32,000 nucleotides of DNA from Candidatus Saccharimonadota bacterium (GTDB lineage: Bacteria; Patescibacteriota; Saccharimonadia; Saccharimonadales; Saccharimonadaceae). Below are positions 25,368-32,000 of the stretch, one piece after another. The translations under genes and the position numbers were made by a program. The stretch is taken from assembly GCA_017460105.1 (NCBI GenBank), contig JAFUBS010000005.1, forward strand, positions 17,111 through 49,110. The letters run 5' to 3'. Position 1 is the first letter of the stretch; each line of letters begins with the position of its first letter. Below the pieces are notes generated by a model. It saw only the letters and a program-made list of their open reading frames with translations, ran no database searches and was not told where the DNA came from.

Positions 25368-25663
25368 AAATCCACCGAGCAGACACGCGTTAAACCGAAT
25401 TTATACCCTAATTCCTCCCACATATTATCGGGCGCATCCTCTCCTAAGACTCGCCAGACCGGGTAATTATAATCAAGCATAATTTTTGCAACATCTTTTG
25501 GATCCACCATTAGTTGGCAATAGTAGCCAGCCGTAGTTTCACCTTCAATTATGATTGGTTCACTTTCTTCGGCCTTCAATACTTCTTCCAAGCGTTTATA
25601 TTCGACCGCAATAGCTTCATTTACGAGCTTAACGGCAGCGACTAATTTATCATCTTTTTTCAT
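25364..25663 (-). CDS. Hypothetical protein (99 aa)
   Basis: An acidic ORF translationally coupled to the zinc-ribbon gene. I recognise no family. Confidence 0.5.
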   Translation of the reverse strand: MKKDDKLVAAVKLVNEAIAVEYKRLEEVLKAEESEPIIIEGETTAGYYCQLMVDPKDVAKIMLDYNYPVWRVLGEDAPDNMWEELGYKFGLTRVCSVDL

Positions 25664-25728
25664 AATGTTTGTATTTAACCTTATTTCCCAAAAATTACAA
25701 GTTAATACTTAACCAAAAGCGTAATTAG

Positions 25729-25809
25729 TGATATAATTAAAATAGTTTCAAGTTCATAGGCGCTCTTGGAACTCAAATGTTGCGGTGATTTATATCAACC
25801 GCATTTTTT
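25729..25809 (+). promoter_or_regulatory. Extended -10 promoter (TGATATAAT, 25729-25737) followed ~45 nt later by a hairpin plus T-run (25781-25809); candidate short sRNA or attenuator
   Basis: tgcggt-N11-accgca stem (25781-25786 / 25798-25803) followed by tttttt. A direct repeat aaattgcg occurs twice at ~25823-25842, just downstream. Confidence 0.3.
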
Positions 25810-25879
25810 ATACACGCGTTTATCAAATTGCGGGATAAATTGCGTCACTAAGGCCTAAGGGTTACGCAAGGAGTTCTTT

Positions 25880-26020
25880 ATGGATGAAGATAAAGAAACG
25901 TCCACAACTATCGCCAGCCTGTTTAATGTTCTAAAAAACATTAAAGTTACGCCAGGACGCATAGCACAAAATCAATGGAAATCGGTGGGCAAAAATGGCG
26001 AAGTTGAATTTTACTACTAA
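25880..26020 (+). CDS. Small ORF (46 aa), below the ORF-track cutoff, upstream of the recombinase
   Basis: The ATG is preceded by AAGGAG 7 nt upstream. The product is MDEDKETSTTIASLFNVLKNIKVTPGRIAQNQWKSVGKNGEVEFYY, and a good intrinsic terminator follows. Confidence 0.4.
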   Translation: MDEDKETSTTIASLFNVLKNIKVTPGRIAQNQWKSVGKNGEVEFYY

Positions 26021-26046
26021 AACAAATATGATTTGCAAAAACTAAA

Positions 26047-26076
26047 ATCCCCAGTCAAAAGACTGGAGATTTTTTA
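26047..26076 (+). terminator. Rho-independent terminator
   Basis: atccccagtc-aaaa-gactggagat (one C-A mismatch) followed by ttttt. Confidence 0.6.
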
Positions 26077-26111
26077 TAATAGACGACTATCTGGCATTTC
26101 CACCTCTGTTA

Positions 26112-26120
26112 TGATATAAT
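26112..26120 (+). promoter_or_regulatory. Candidate extended -10 promoter (TGATATAAT) 7 nt upstream of the recombinase ATG (leaderless)
   Basis: tatgatataat at 26110-26120. Only aaaatca precedes the ATG at 26128, and there is no SD. Confidence 0.45.
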
Positions 26121-26127
26121 AAAATCA

Positions 26128-27558
26128 ATGAAAAGCAAATCAATTGCGGCAATAAAAACCGATACGGGCGAGCAACCCTTGCTTCGCTATGTCCTTTATG
26201 CACGCAAGTCATCCGAAGATGTCGGCGCACAAGCTAAATCTCTTCCCGATCAGATTAAAGATTGCTTAGCTTACGCAGAAACTCACGGCTTGGTCGTTGT
26301 GGATATTTTAAAAGAATCCCATTCGGCTAAAATCTCCGGGCGCCGACCGATATTCTCTAAAATGTTAAAAGACCTTGAAGCCGGTAAATATGACGGAATC
26401 CTAACCTGGCACCCAGACCGCTTAGCACGTAACTCATTAGAAGCTGGGATGATTGTTGATATGGTCGATAACGGTGTAATCAAAGACTTAAAATTCCCGA
26501 TGTTTAACTTTACAAATGATTCAAACGCAAAGTTGCTCCTTAATATCGTTTTCGCAATGTCTAAGCAATATTCAGAACATCTTTCCGAAAGCGTCCAGCG
26601 TGGCGTAAATTCTAACCTTGCCCAAGGAAAATCTGGCGGCATGCCAAAATGGGGGTATAACCGCGATGAAGTAACAGGGTTCTATAAACCAGACCAGAAT
26701 TTCGACATCATCAGGCGAGGATTCGACATGTACCTTGGAGGTTATAGTCAAAGAGATATTATTGATTTCTGGCGGCAAAACGATGTTCATCGTATGACGA
26801 AAATTAATCGTAAAAACAAAAATAAACGAAAAATTACCGTATATAACAGCGTCTCGGTTCTTGGCACGATCTTAAGTGATCCATTTTATTATGGTATTCT
26901 TGTCCAGGGTGGGCAGAAGGTAGATCTACGTGAAATATTACCAGATTTCAAGCCAATGATTACCGAAGAAGAATTCGGACTGATTCAGGCAAAACGTAGA
27001 AATCTCAAAAAGGTCGTTTCAGCTTCCGTAAAGGCCGAAGAGGGTAAGATATTCATCCCGTTCCGCCAAATGGTAAAATGTGGCGAATGTGGCAATTTTA
27101 TGCACGTAGCACGCTCGAAATCACGCACTGGCAAGAAATATCTCTATTTCCGTTGTGGAAATCCAGAATGTACGCGTAAGCAGAAAAACGTACGTGCGCA
27201 AGTAGTTCTAGACGCACTCTATAAAACGCTAGACAGTCTACATTTTACGAAGAGAAACATTACGAAGATTCAAAACAGCTTAACGGATTATATCAATGTC
27301 CGCCATAACGAGCTTATTGAGGAAAAGCTCCGCGTTAATGCCGCTATCAAAGCTAAGAAACGCCGTCAGGATGAATTAGCCCAAGCTTTTATAGACCTCG
27401 GCAAAGACGCGCCAAGAGAAGCGAAGCAGATGGTAAACGAGCAGCTTGAGGAATGCCGGAACGATATAGCGACTTTGCAAACCGAGCGCGATGAAATTGA
27501 CGCTAAAATCTTCGATCCAGACCAGGTTCGCGAAATTTTGGATGAGCTTACGAACTAG
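26128..27558 (+). CDS. Large serine recombinase (integrase), terminated prematurely by an in-frame TAG
   Basis: Resolvase-type catalytic domain YVLYARKSSEDVG...HPDRLARN, then a recombinase domain, a zinc ribbon CGECGNFMHV...YFRCGNPEC and a long coiled-coil. TAG is at 27556-27558. Confidence 0.9.
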   Translation: MKSKSIAAIKTDTGEQPLLRYVLYARKSSEDVGAQAKSLPDQIKDCLAYAETHGLVVVDILKESHSAKISGRRPIFSKMLKDLEAGKYDGILTWHPDRLARNSLEAGMIVDMVDNGVIKDLKFPMFNFTNDSNAKLLLNIVFAMSKQYSEHLSESVQRGVNSNLAQGKSGGMPKWGYNRDEVTGFYKPDQNFDIIRRGFDMYLGGYSQRDIIDFWRQNDVHRMTKINRKNKNKRKITVYNSVSVLGTILSDPFYYGILVQGGQKVDLREILPDFKPMITEEEFGLIQAKRRNLKKVVSASVKAEEGKIFIPFRQMVKCGECGNFMHVARSKSRTGKKYLYFRCGNPECTRKQKNVRAQVVLDALYKTLDSLHFTKRNITKIQNSLTDYINVRHNELIEEKLRVNAAIKAKKRRQDELAQAFIDLGKDAPREAKQMVNEQLEECRNDIATLQTERDEIDAKIFDPDQVREILDELTN

Positions 27559-27768
27559 CTAGATTCCATCGGCGAAAAGATGAAATCTGCCGATTCTTGG
27601 CAAAAAGACCAGTTAGTCCGAAATATGCTTACGAACCTAGAAATCAACAACAAAAATGAGGTCTCTTTCAGATGGAAGAAACCTCTAAAGCATATATTCA
27701 ACAATGCTTTGACCGAAGAATTTCGGTCTGGTGCGCCAGAAGTCTTGGTAACAGTATTTGTTGCATAA
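27559..27768 (+). other. In-frame continuation of the recombinase reading frame after the TAG (69 codons); crosses the attR core into flanking DNA
   Basis: The frame is the same as 26128. The translation LDSIGEKMKSADSWQKDQLVRNMLTNLEINNKNEVSFRWKKPLKHIFNNALTEEFRSGA|PEVLVTVFVA looks like genuine protein sequence up to the core, not junk. Confidence 0.5.
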
Positions 27769-29573
27769 CCAGTAGTGTGGGTTGGTTTAATGGTATAGGT
27801 GCCTCCACCATATAATAGTAGACTTTGTCCACTACTTGTGATAGTGCCTACTGTATTGCCATCGGAATCTAATACCGCTATGCTAGATACATTAGAATCT
27901 TTATTAAATGTAATACTATAGCCTTGCTGCCAGACTGCGTAGAGAGTCTTAGATTCACCTTCGTTGCCTGGCATATTAGACATGACTTCGGATTCGTTGG
28001 TGTATTCTACTTGGCTAGGGAGGCCGGTTCCAGCAGTAGTCTGAGTAGATGACCAGCCATGGAAGATGGCGTTAGTGCCGGTAGGGGTAGCGTATTCACC
28101 AGAAGAAACGGTGCGACTCAGAACCGTGCCAGCACCGGTAACGACAGCGTAATAACCGGTAGAGACGCCGAATTGACCATAATCATAGAAAGTTACTGAG
28201 CCACTTGCAATATCGCATTCCATGGTGACTTGCGAGCCAGAACTACCTGACGATGCAAAGGCACCATTAGTAGCACTAACCGAACCACAGCCGCTTAGAC
28301 TGGTTGTATTATCGCTATTAGTATAGTCTGGATAATCTCCGGACCAAATATAAAGCTCGCTCGGTGGACCGCCAGCGTTTTGTGGTACGCCATACGTCAC
28401 CGTGATATGCAAACTTGTAGCGCCATCAATGGTGACGACATTATTGCCTGCAGGTTGAGTGTATCCATTATATTCCCCGCTAGATGTATATGATGCATAG
28501 GAATATTTAGTGATTTCCTGTTGTGCAGTCGTAGAATTATAATTCACCCTATTCACCGTCCTACTGCCACCATAAGTCAGCCCATTGCCTTCATACTGGA
28601 CGCAGAGTTTCGTGCCATCGCATTTAGTCTCTGCGCTTTCCCACATAGCATACAGTGTTCCATTATTTACCGTAGTCTGATCAATGCCATAAGCTAGATT
28701 AGTACCTGCGCCGTCTGGATTGTAGGTGGTACCAGAACAAGTTTCATCGCTAGTGGCTACAGAACACCAACCTTTGAAGTTATAGCCATCACGGACTGGC
28801 ACTAGGTCTGACAATGTGATACTCGTACTATTAGTATCACCGGACTGGATATTGCCAGTATTACTATATGGCATATTAGTGACAGTGTCTGTAGTATTCT
28901 TGTTATAAGTAACACTATAATTAATCTTGTTGGCTACAGCTGTTAGAATGAAGGTTTTACTATAAGTACCGCTAGGCTTAGTATAGTCTGCTCTAGCACC
29001 AAGAGCAATGTCGTAAGAATTAGCAGTACTATTAGCAGCACTTGTAACATGAAGTGTAGTAGCAGTAGTGGTTGGTGAAATAAGATATACAGCATTAGTG
29101 CCAGTATTATCTACTACAGTATTACCATTCATGTATTTACTAGGCTTGTAACCCCACATGCCATTGTAGTCACTATTATCAAAGGTAGTGTTTGTGAGGG
29201 TTTTGTTGGTCGTGATGGAAGCGAGATTATCGTTACCATTTGCTAGTGTACCTGCGTCATCACTGGCACTGATACTTAGCGTGTAGCCAGTGTAGTTATT
29301 AGTAGTGATACTGAATGCAGCTTTATTGCTTTCTGAAGAAGTAGCAAAGGTACCGTTACTGCCCACAACATTGAGGTCTAGGGCGGCAGTGTCTCGTTCT
29401 ACTGCGAGGGTGAGAGAACTCTCCTCTGCAGTGCCGGCAGCGGCTTGTACCTCCTGCTCGCCACTGTTGATGGGGAGACATAATAAAGTGACAAGAATGA
29501 AGAGTAGCACGCTTGATACAAATGCTACATTGCGGAAATAATGATTAACCCTAATATATTGTATGACCTTCAT
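27732..29573 (-). pseudogene. N-terminal 614 codons of the island-disrupted surface-protein gene (signal peptide, conserved N-domain, repeats)
   Basis: The track ORF 27555-29573 (672 aa) reads normally up to ...YATNTVTKTSGA, then continues as 58 low-quality residues (PDRNSSVKALLNICFRGFFHLK...) antisense to the recombinase 3' region. The N-terminal region is a clear paralog of 1111-3243 (FSITTNNYTGYTLSISASDDAGTL vs FSITTDNYTGYTLGVSADNDDGTL). Confidence 0.75.
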
Positions 29574-29602
29574 CTACACTTCCGTATAATGGTTATTCTA
29601 AT

Positions 29603-29629
29603 TTTATATTTGCGGAGTGGGATTGTCAA
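29603..29629 (-). promoter_or_regulatory. Candidate sigma70-type promoter of the surface-protein gene (TTGACA-N15-TATAAA)
   Basis: On the minus strand TTGACA is at comp. 29624-29629 and TATAAA at comp. 29603-29608. GGAAG RBS precedes the ATG at comp. 29573. Confidence 0.35.
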
Positions 29630-29677
29630 TAGGGTTTTTAAAAAACGTTCGCGATTCGTCAGGCCTGCGCACAGAAA

Positions 29678-29713
29678 GCAAAAAATAAGACCCTTTGGGT
29701 CTTGTTTTTTGCT
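29678..29713. terminator. Bidirectional intrinsic terminator downstream of tRNA-Asp
   Basis: gcaaaaaataagaccc-ttt-gggtcttgttttttgc has a 7-bp GC core stem flanked by complementary A and T runs, so a U-tract follows the stem on either strand. Confidence 0.6.
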
Positions 29714-29717
29714 TTCG

Positions 29718-29794
29718 TGGCGGATCCGACGAGACTCGAACTCGCGACCTCTGCCGTGACAGGGCAGCGCTCTAACCAACTGAGCTACGAATCC
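29718..29794 (-). tRNA. tRNA-Asp: tRNA-Asp (anticodon GTC), CCA encoded
   Basis: The reverse complement reads GGATTCG-TA-GCTC-AGTTGGTTA-GAGC-G-CTGCC-CTGTCAC-GGCAG-AGGTC-GCGAG-TTCGAGT-CTCGT-CGGATCC-G-CCA. That is 77 nt with all four stems forming (single G-U pairs) and anticodon GUC. The track ORF 29570-29836 is spurious. Confidence 0.93.
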
Positions 29795-29910
29795 ACTTGG
29801 TAATATTATTATAACGCACTTTTTGCGGAATTGCAAGAGCTGTGCCTACATAAAATCTCCAGCCTTTGCGAGTGCCACAGAGGCTAGTTTGCGAAACTAT
29901 ATATCACTAA

Positions 29911-31776
29911 TTACATGCCTGGGATTCTAAAAGCATCTGGGCTAGGAGCCGATGATTCTGGGGCAGGCACTGGAGCTGATGGAGCTGGGGCAGACGGCTC
30001 GATAGATGGAGCAGCGGGTGGGGTCGGGAGGATTGGCTCTGGCATACCAGCAGGAGCTGGTGGAATTGGCGTATCAAGAGACGGCATCGGTGGCTCTGGC
30101 AGTGGCGACGGAGTAGGTGAAGCAGGTGGCATCTCGGGAGACGGCATCGCAGTGTCAAAACTGACTGGAGGCATCGGTGGTGGAGGTAGGACCTGACCGC
30201 TATCGGTAGGTGCGTAGTTGATCTCTGGGACACCGTTAATCTCTGGTGCAGAGGCAACGTCTGGCGCAATCGAAGCTGCAGGATTAATAGCCGGACCGCC
30301 AAGTGGCGTGGTTCCCTGCGCTGGCATCGCTGGAGCGGATGGCTCTGCTGGAGCGGATGGCTCTGCTGGAGCAGGTGGCCCGGCGGGTACGGAACTCTCG
30401 GCGAGAGCGTCTTCGAGCATTTTGCCATATTTGCTGGTGTCGTTCAACAAATCATTGGCAGCAAAATCTGCTGGTGGCGCGATGACCTTTTCTTTGGAAG
30501 CGGTCAAGGTTGGCATATCGTCGGTCATTTTGGAGAGCTCTACTGGCTGTTCTTTGACGTCTGGTCTAGTGACGGCACTAGCAGAGGCGAGGTTCGCCTC
30601 GGCGTTCTTTAGCTCTTCGAGGAGCGAATTGTCTTCGGCAGGCTTTGCTGGCGCGGAATCTTTTGCGATGGAATCTTTTGTGGCTGGTTCTTTTTCGGTG
30701 GAGTTCTTTTCTGATGGCTCTTCCCCGCCGCGGATATCAAAGGAATTGTCTGGTGTAGGCTCATCAGCAGCTTTTTTCTCTGCTGGCTGCTCGTCTTCTT
30801 CTTTCGATTGTTCATCTGTTGATGGCTTTTCTTCTGCCGGTTCGTCTTTTGTTGGCTTTTCGCCCTTTTCTGCAGGCTGTTCGTCGGCCTCTTTGCTGGA
30901 AGGTGCGGTAGCACTCTGTGGAGCCTTGTCATAGAGACGATTATCCAGATCCGCAGTGATGTTCTTGGAAATGAGCTGGTGCTTGGCACCGGAGTCCATC
31001 AGGCGAGAGGCAATTTCCATGGTGTCAGCAGTAGTGTTGGCCTTGGAAAAACGGTCGGTAGCAGCCACGATACCAGTAAGGAATGCGGTGGCTTCTTCTG
31101 GGTCAATCTTTACTTCTCCATCTATATTATATAGTAGATTTGCCAACATCTCGGAAACAGAGCTGGTAGCCTTGTTGCTCCATTCGATTTCGCCAAATTT
31201 GCCAGGATTGCCGGTGGTGATATTGATAATTGATGCATCGTGCATAATACGGCCGTGCTCACGGAGGGCGGAGTCTAGGTCTATACCATTGGATACGCCG
31301 AGAGCTAATACTAAGTCTACATTGTAATCGCCATACGAGAAATCCAAATCTTCTTCCGAAATCCGGGCCTTGTATGGAGTGATGTAAATCTTGACGTAGT
31401 CGCCATCTAGTTTGTAGCGGAGATGGTCGGCTTTTTCTTTGCTGAGAGCAATAACGAAATCCTGGAGAGCATCGGCAGAAGTCTCGAAAGTCTCGTCAGG
31501 CTTTAGAAATTCAAGTGCATTTGGGGTATGGCCAGAATAAATCGCCGTGGCGCGCTTGCCCATACGGTCTAGATGCATAGCGAGGCCAATGGCAGCAGAA
31601 ATCTCATCTACGGATGGGTCGCTAGAGAGTGCAATGAGAATATTATGAGCGTCGTTAATCTTAGCGATAACTTTCTCTTCGGTAGCAGAAATGGCTGGAC
31701 CGGCCGGCTGTTCGGCTGGCTCGCTGGGTTGTTGGGCTAGGGGTGTTTGATTTTGATTTTGTACCTGATCTGGCAT
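29911..31776 (-). CDS. DHH/DHHA1-like (apparently degenerate) domain protein with a long disordered Glu/Lys- and Pro/Ala-rich C-terminal region
   Basis: The N-terminal ~270 aa has an NrnA-like layout (ILIALSSDPSVDEISAAIGLAMHL...VDLVLALG...IINITTGNP...TGIVAATDRF), but the canonical DxD and DHH residues appear replaced. The C-terminal ~330 aa is low complexity (PAEPSAPAEPSAPA, PPPMPP...). Overlapping track ORFs in other frames are composition artefacts. Confidence 0.7.
   Translation of the reverse strand: MPDQVQNQNQTPLAQQPSEPAEQPAGPAISATEEKVIAKINDAHNILIALSSDPSVDEISAAIGLAMHLDRMGKRATAIYSGHTPNALEFLKPDETFETSADALQDFVIALSKEKADHLRYKLDGDYVKIYITPYKARISEEDLDFSYGDYNVDLVLALGVSNGIDLDSALREHGRIMHDASIINITTGNPGKFGEIEWSNKATSSVSEMLANLLYNIDGEVKIDPEEATAFLTGIVAATDRFSKANTTADTMEIASRLMDSGAKHQLISKNITADLDNRLYDKAPQSATAPSSKEADEQPAEKGEKPTKDEPAEEKPSTDEQSKEEDEQPAEKKAADEPTPDNSFDIRGGEEPSEKNSTEKEPATKDSIAKDSAPAKPAEDNSLLEELKNAEANLASASAVTRPDVKEQPVELSKMTDDMPTLTASKEKVIAPPADFAANDLLNDTSKYGKMLEDALAESSVPAGPPAPAEPSAPAEPSAPAMPAQGTTPLGGPAINPAASIAPDVASAPEINGVPEINYAPTDSGQVLPPPPMPPVSFDTAMPSPEMPPASPTPSPLPEPPMPSLDTPIPPAPAGMPEPILPTPPAAPSIEPSAPAPSAPVPAPESSAPSPDAFRIPGM
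30329..30378. repeat. 18-bp tandem repeat (2 full copies plus a partial) inside the low-complexity coding region
   Basis: gctggagcggatggctct at 30329-30346 and 30347-30364, then gctggagcaggtgg. It encodes the (PAEPSA)n on the minus strand. Confidence 0.6.
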
Positions 31777-31915
31777 ATATACCTTTCTTATTTACTATAT
31801 TAGCATAAGCATTGAAAAGTAGCAAGAATGATTAATTGGGGTGACCCTTTACTTTTTTCCGAAAATGCGGTATAATCAAAATAAGAAGTTAATTTTTAAT
31901 CTATATAGGAAGAAA

Positions 31916-32000
31916 ATGCCGATTATTAAATCCGCCAAAAAGGCAGCTCGTCAAGCGACGAAGCGTACAGAACACAACGTTGAAATCAAGAAAGATATCA
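31916..32000 (+). CDS. rpsT: 30S ribosomal protein S20, N-terminal 28 codons (continues beyond the window)
   Basis: MPIIKSAKKAARQATKRTEHNVEIKKDI matches the S20 N-terminus (xxIKSAKKRxxQ). AGGAAG RBS lies upstream, and TATAAT is at 31871-31876. Confidence 0.85.
   Translation, partial: MPIIKSAKKAARQATKRTEHNVEIKKDI

Larger units (their letters stand above)
6959..27736. mobile_element. Integrated genomic island (~20.8 kb) with a large serine recombinase at its right end; attL core 6959-6963, attR core 27732-27736 (TGCGC)
   Basis: The identical 5-bp TGCGC occurs at both junctions. The flanking gene halves (6107-6958 and 27737-29573, minus strand) fuse in frame across one core copy. The recombinase gene abuts attR, and the content is accessory genes only. 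Confidence 0.7.

Noticed and set aside
27555-27731. The last 58 residues of the 672-aa track ORF as a genuine C-terminus of the surface protein
   Set aside because: The sequence (PDRNSSVKALLNICFRGFFHLKETSF...) is antisense to the recombinase 3' region and begins exactly at the TGCGC core. It also replaces the FISUMP domain found in the paralog, so it is read-through into island DNA.
29718-29794. tRNA-Asp as the island integration site
   Set aside because: The island junctions map about 2 kb away, inside the surface-protein gene. There is no partial tRNA duplication at 6.9 kb or 27.7 kb.
29570-29836. 88-aa minus-strand ORF
   Set aside because: It overlaps tRNA-Asp and its terminator, and the translated sequence is simply the tRNA read as codons.
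29907-31327. Multiple overlapping ORFs in other frames or strands (29907-30428, 29915-30196, 30218-30934, 30303-30485, 30609-30989, 30956-31327)
   Set aside because: These are artefacts of the GC-rich, low-complexity Pro/Ala/Glu coding region of the 621-aa gene. Their translations are repetitive and they have no start context.
1-32000. CRISPR arrays, rRNA genes, IS elements or transposases
   Set aside because: I saw no regularly spaced direct repeats, no rRNA-like conserved stretches, and no DDE transposase-like ORFs or terminal inverted repeats. The only recombinase is the serine integrase.

Overview
This window reads as a compact, gene-dense bacterial chromosome. Housekeeping genes (ftsA, map, adk, rpsU, tRNA-Asp, rpsT) sit on a background of roughly 45-50% GC, estimated from spot counts of single 60-nt lines. 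Gene content and compactness resemble a reduced-genome Patescibacteria/Saccharibacteria-type organism, but I cannot verify that from sequence alone. The central two thirds (about 6959-27736, ~20.8 kb) looks like an integrated genomic island. It is bounded by an identical 5-bp core (TGCGC) and splits a large secreted surface-protein gene into an N-terminal part (27732-29573, minus) and a C-terminal part (6107-6963, minus). The two parts rejoin exactly in frame. The island backbone has host-like GC. It carries a large serine recombinase broken by one in-frame TAG, an AbiEi/AbiEii module and a few small unknown genes. Nested inside is a much more AT-rich cargo (~9.43-25.2 kb, spot counts ~28-35% GC) of 17 co-directional, mostly translationally coupled genes. 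The cargo encodes a full acetyl-CoA carboxylase (including a fused AccD-AccA), BirA, ACP, an Sfp-type PPTase, FabD, KAS III-like and KAS II condensing enzymes, two adenylating enzymes, an SDR, an MBL-fold hydrolase and three glycosyltransferases (GT4, GT2, GT1). It has no FabG, FabZ or FabI-type genes. I read it as a self-sufficient, horizontally delivered glycolipid or polyketide-like lipid pathway of unknown product, and it is the main candidate for a new system here. Other notable points are a structured, GC-richer 5' leader with mutually exclusive helices ahead of the operon, recurrent TGnTATAAT promoters 6-9 nt from start codons (suggesting leaderless mRNAs), a paralogous family of modular surface proteins, and a degenerate DHH-like protein with a long Pro/Ala-rich tail. 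I saw no CRISPR array, rRNA or transposase.
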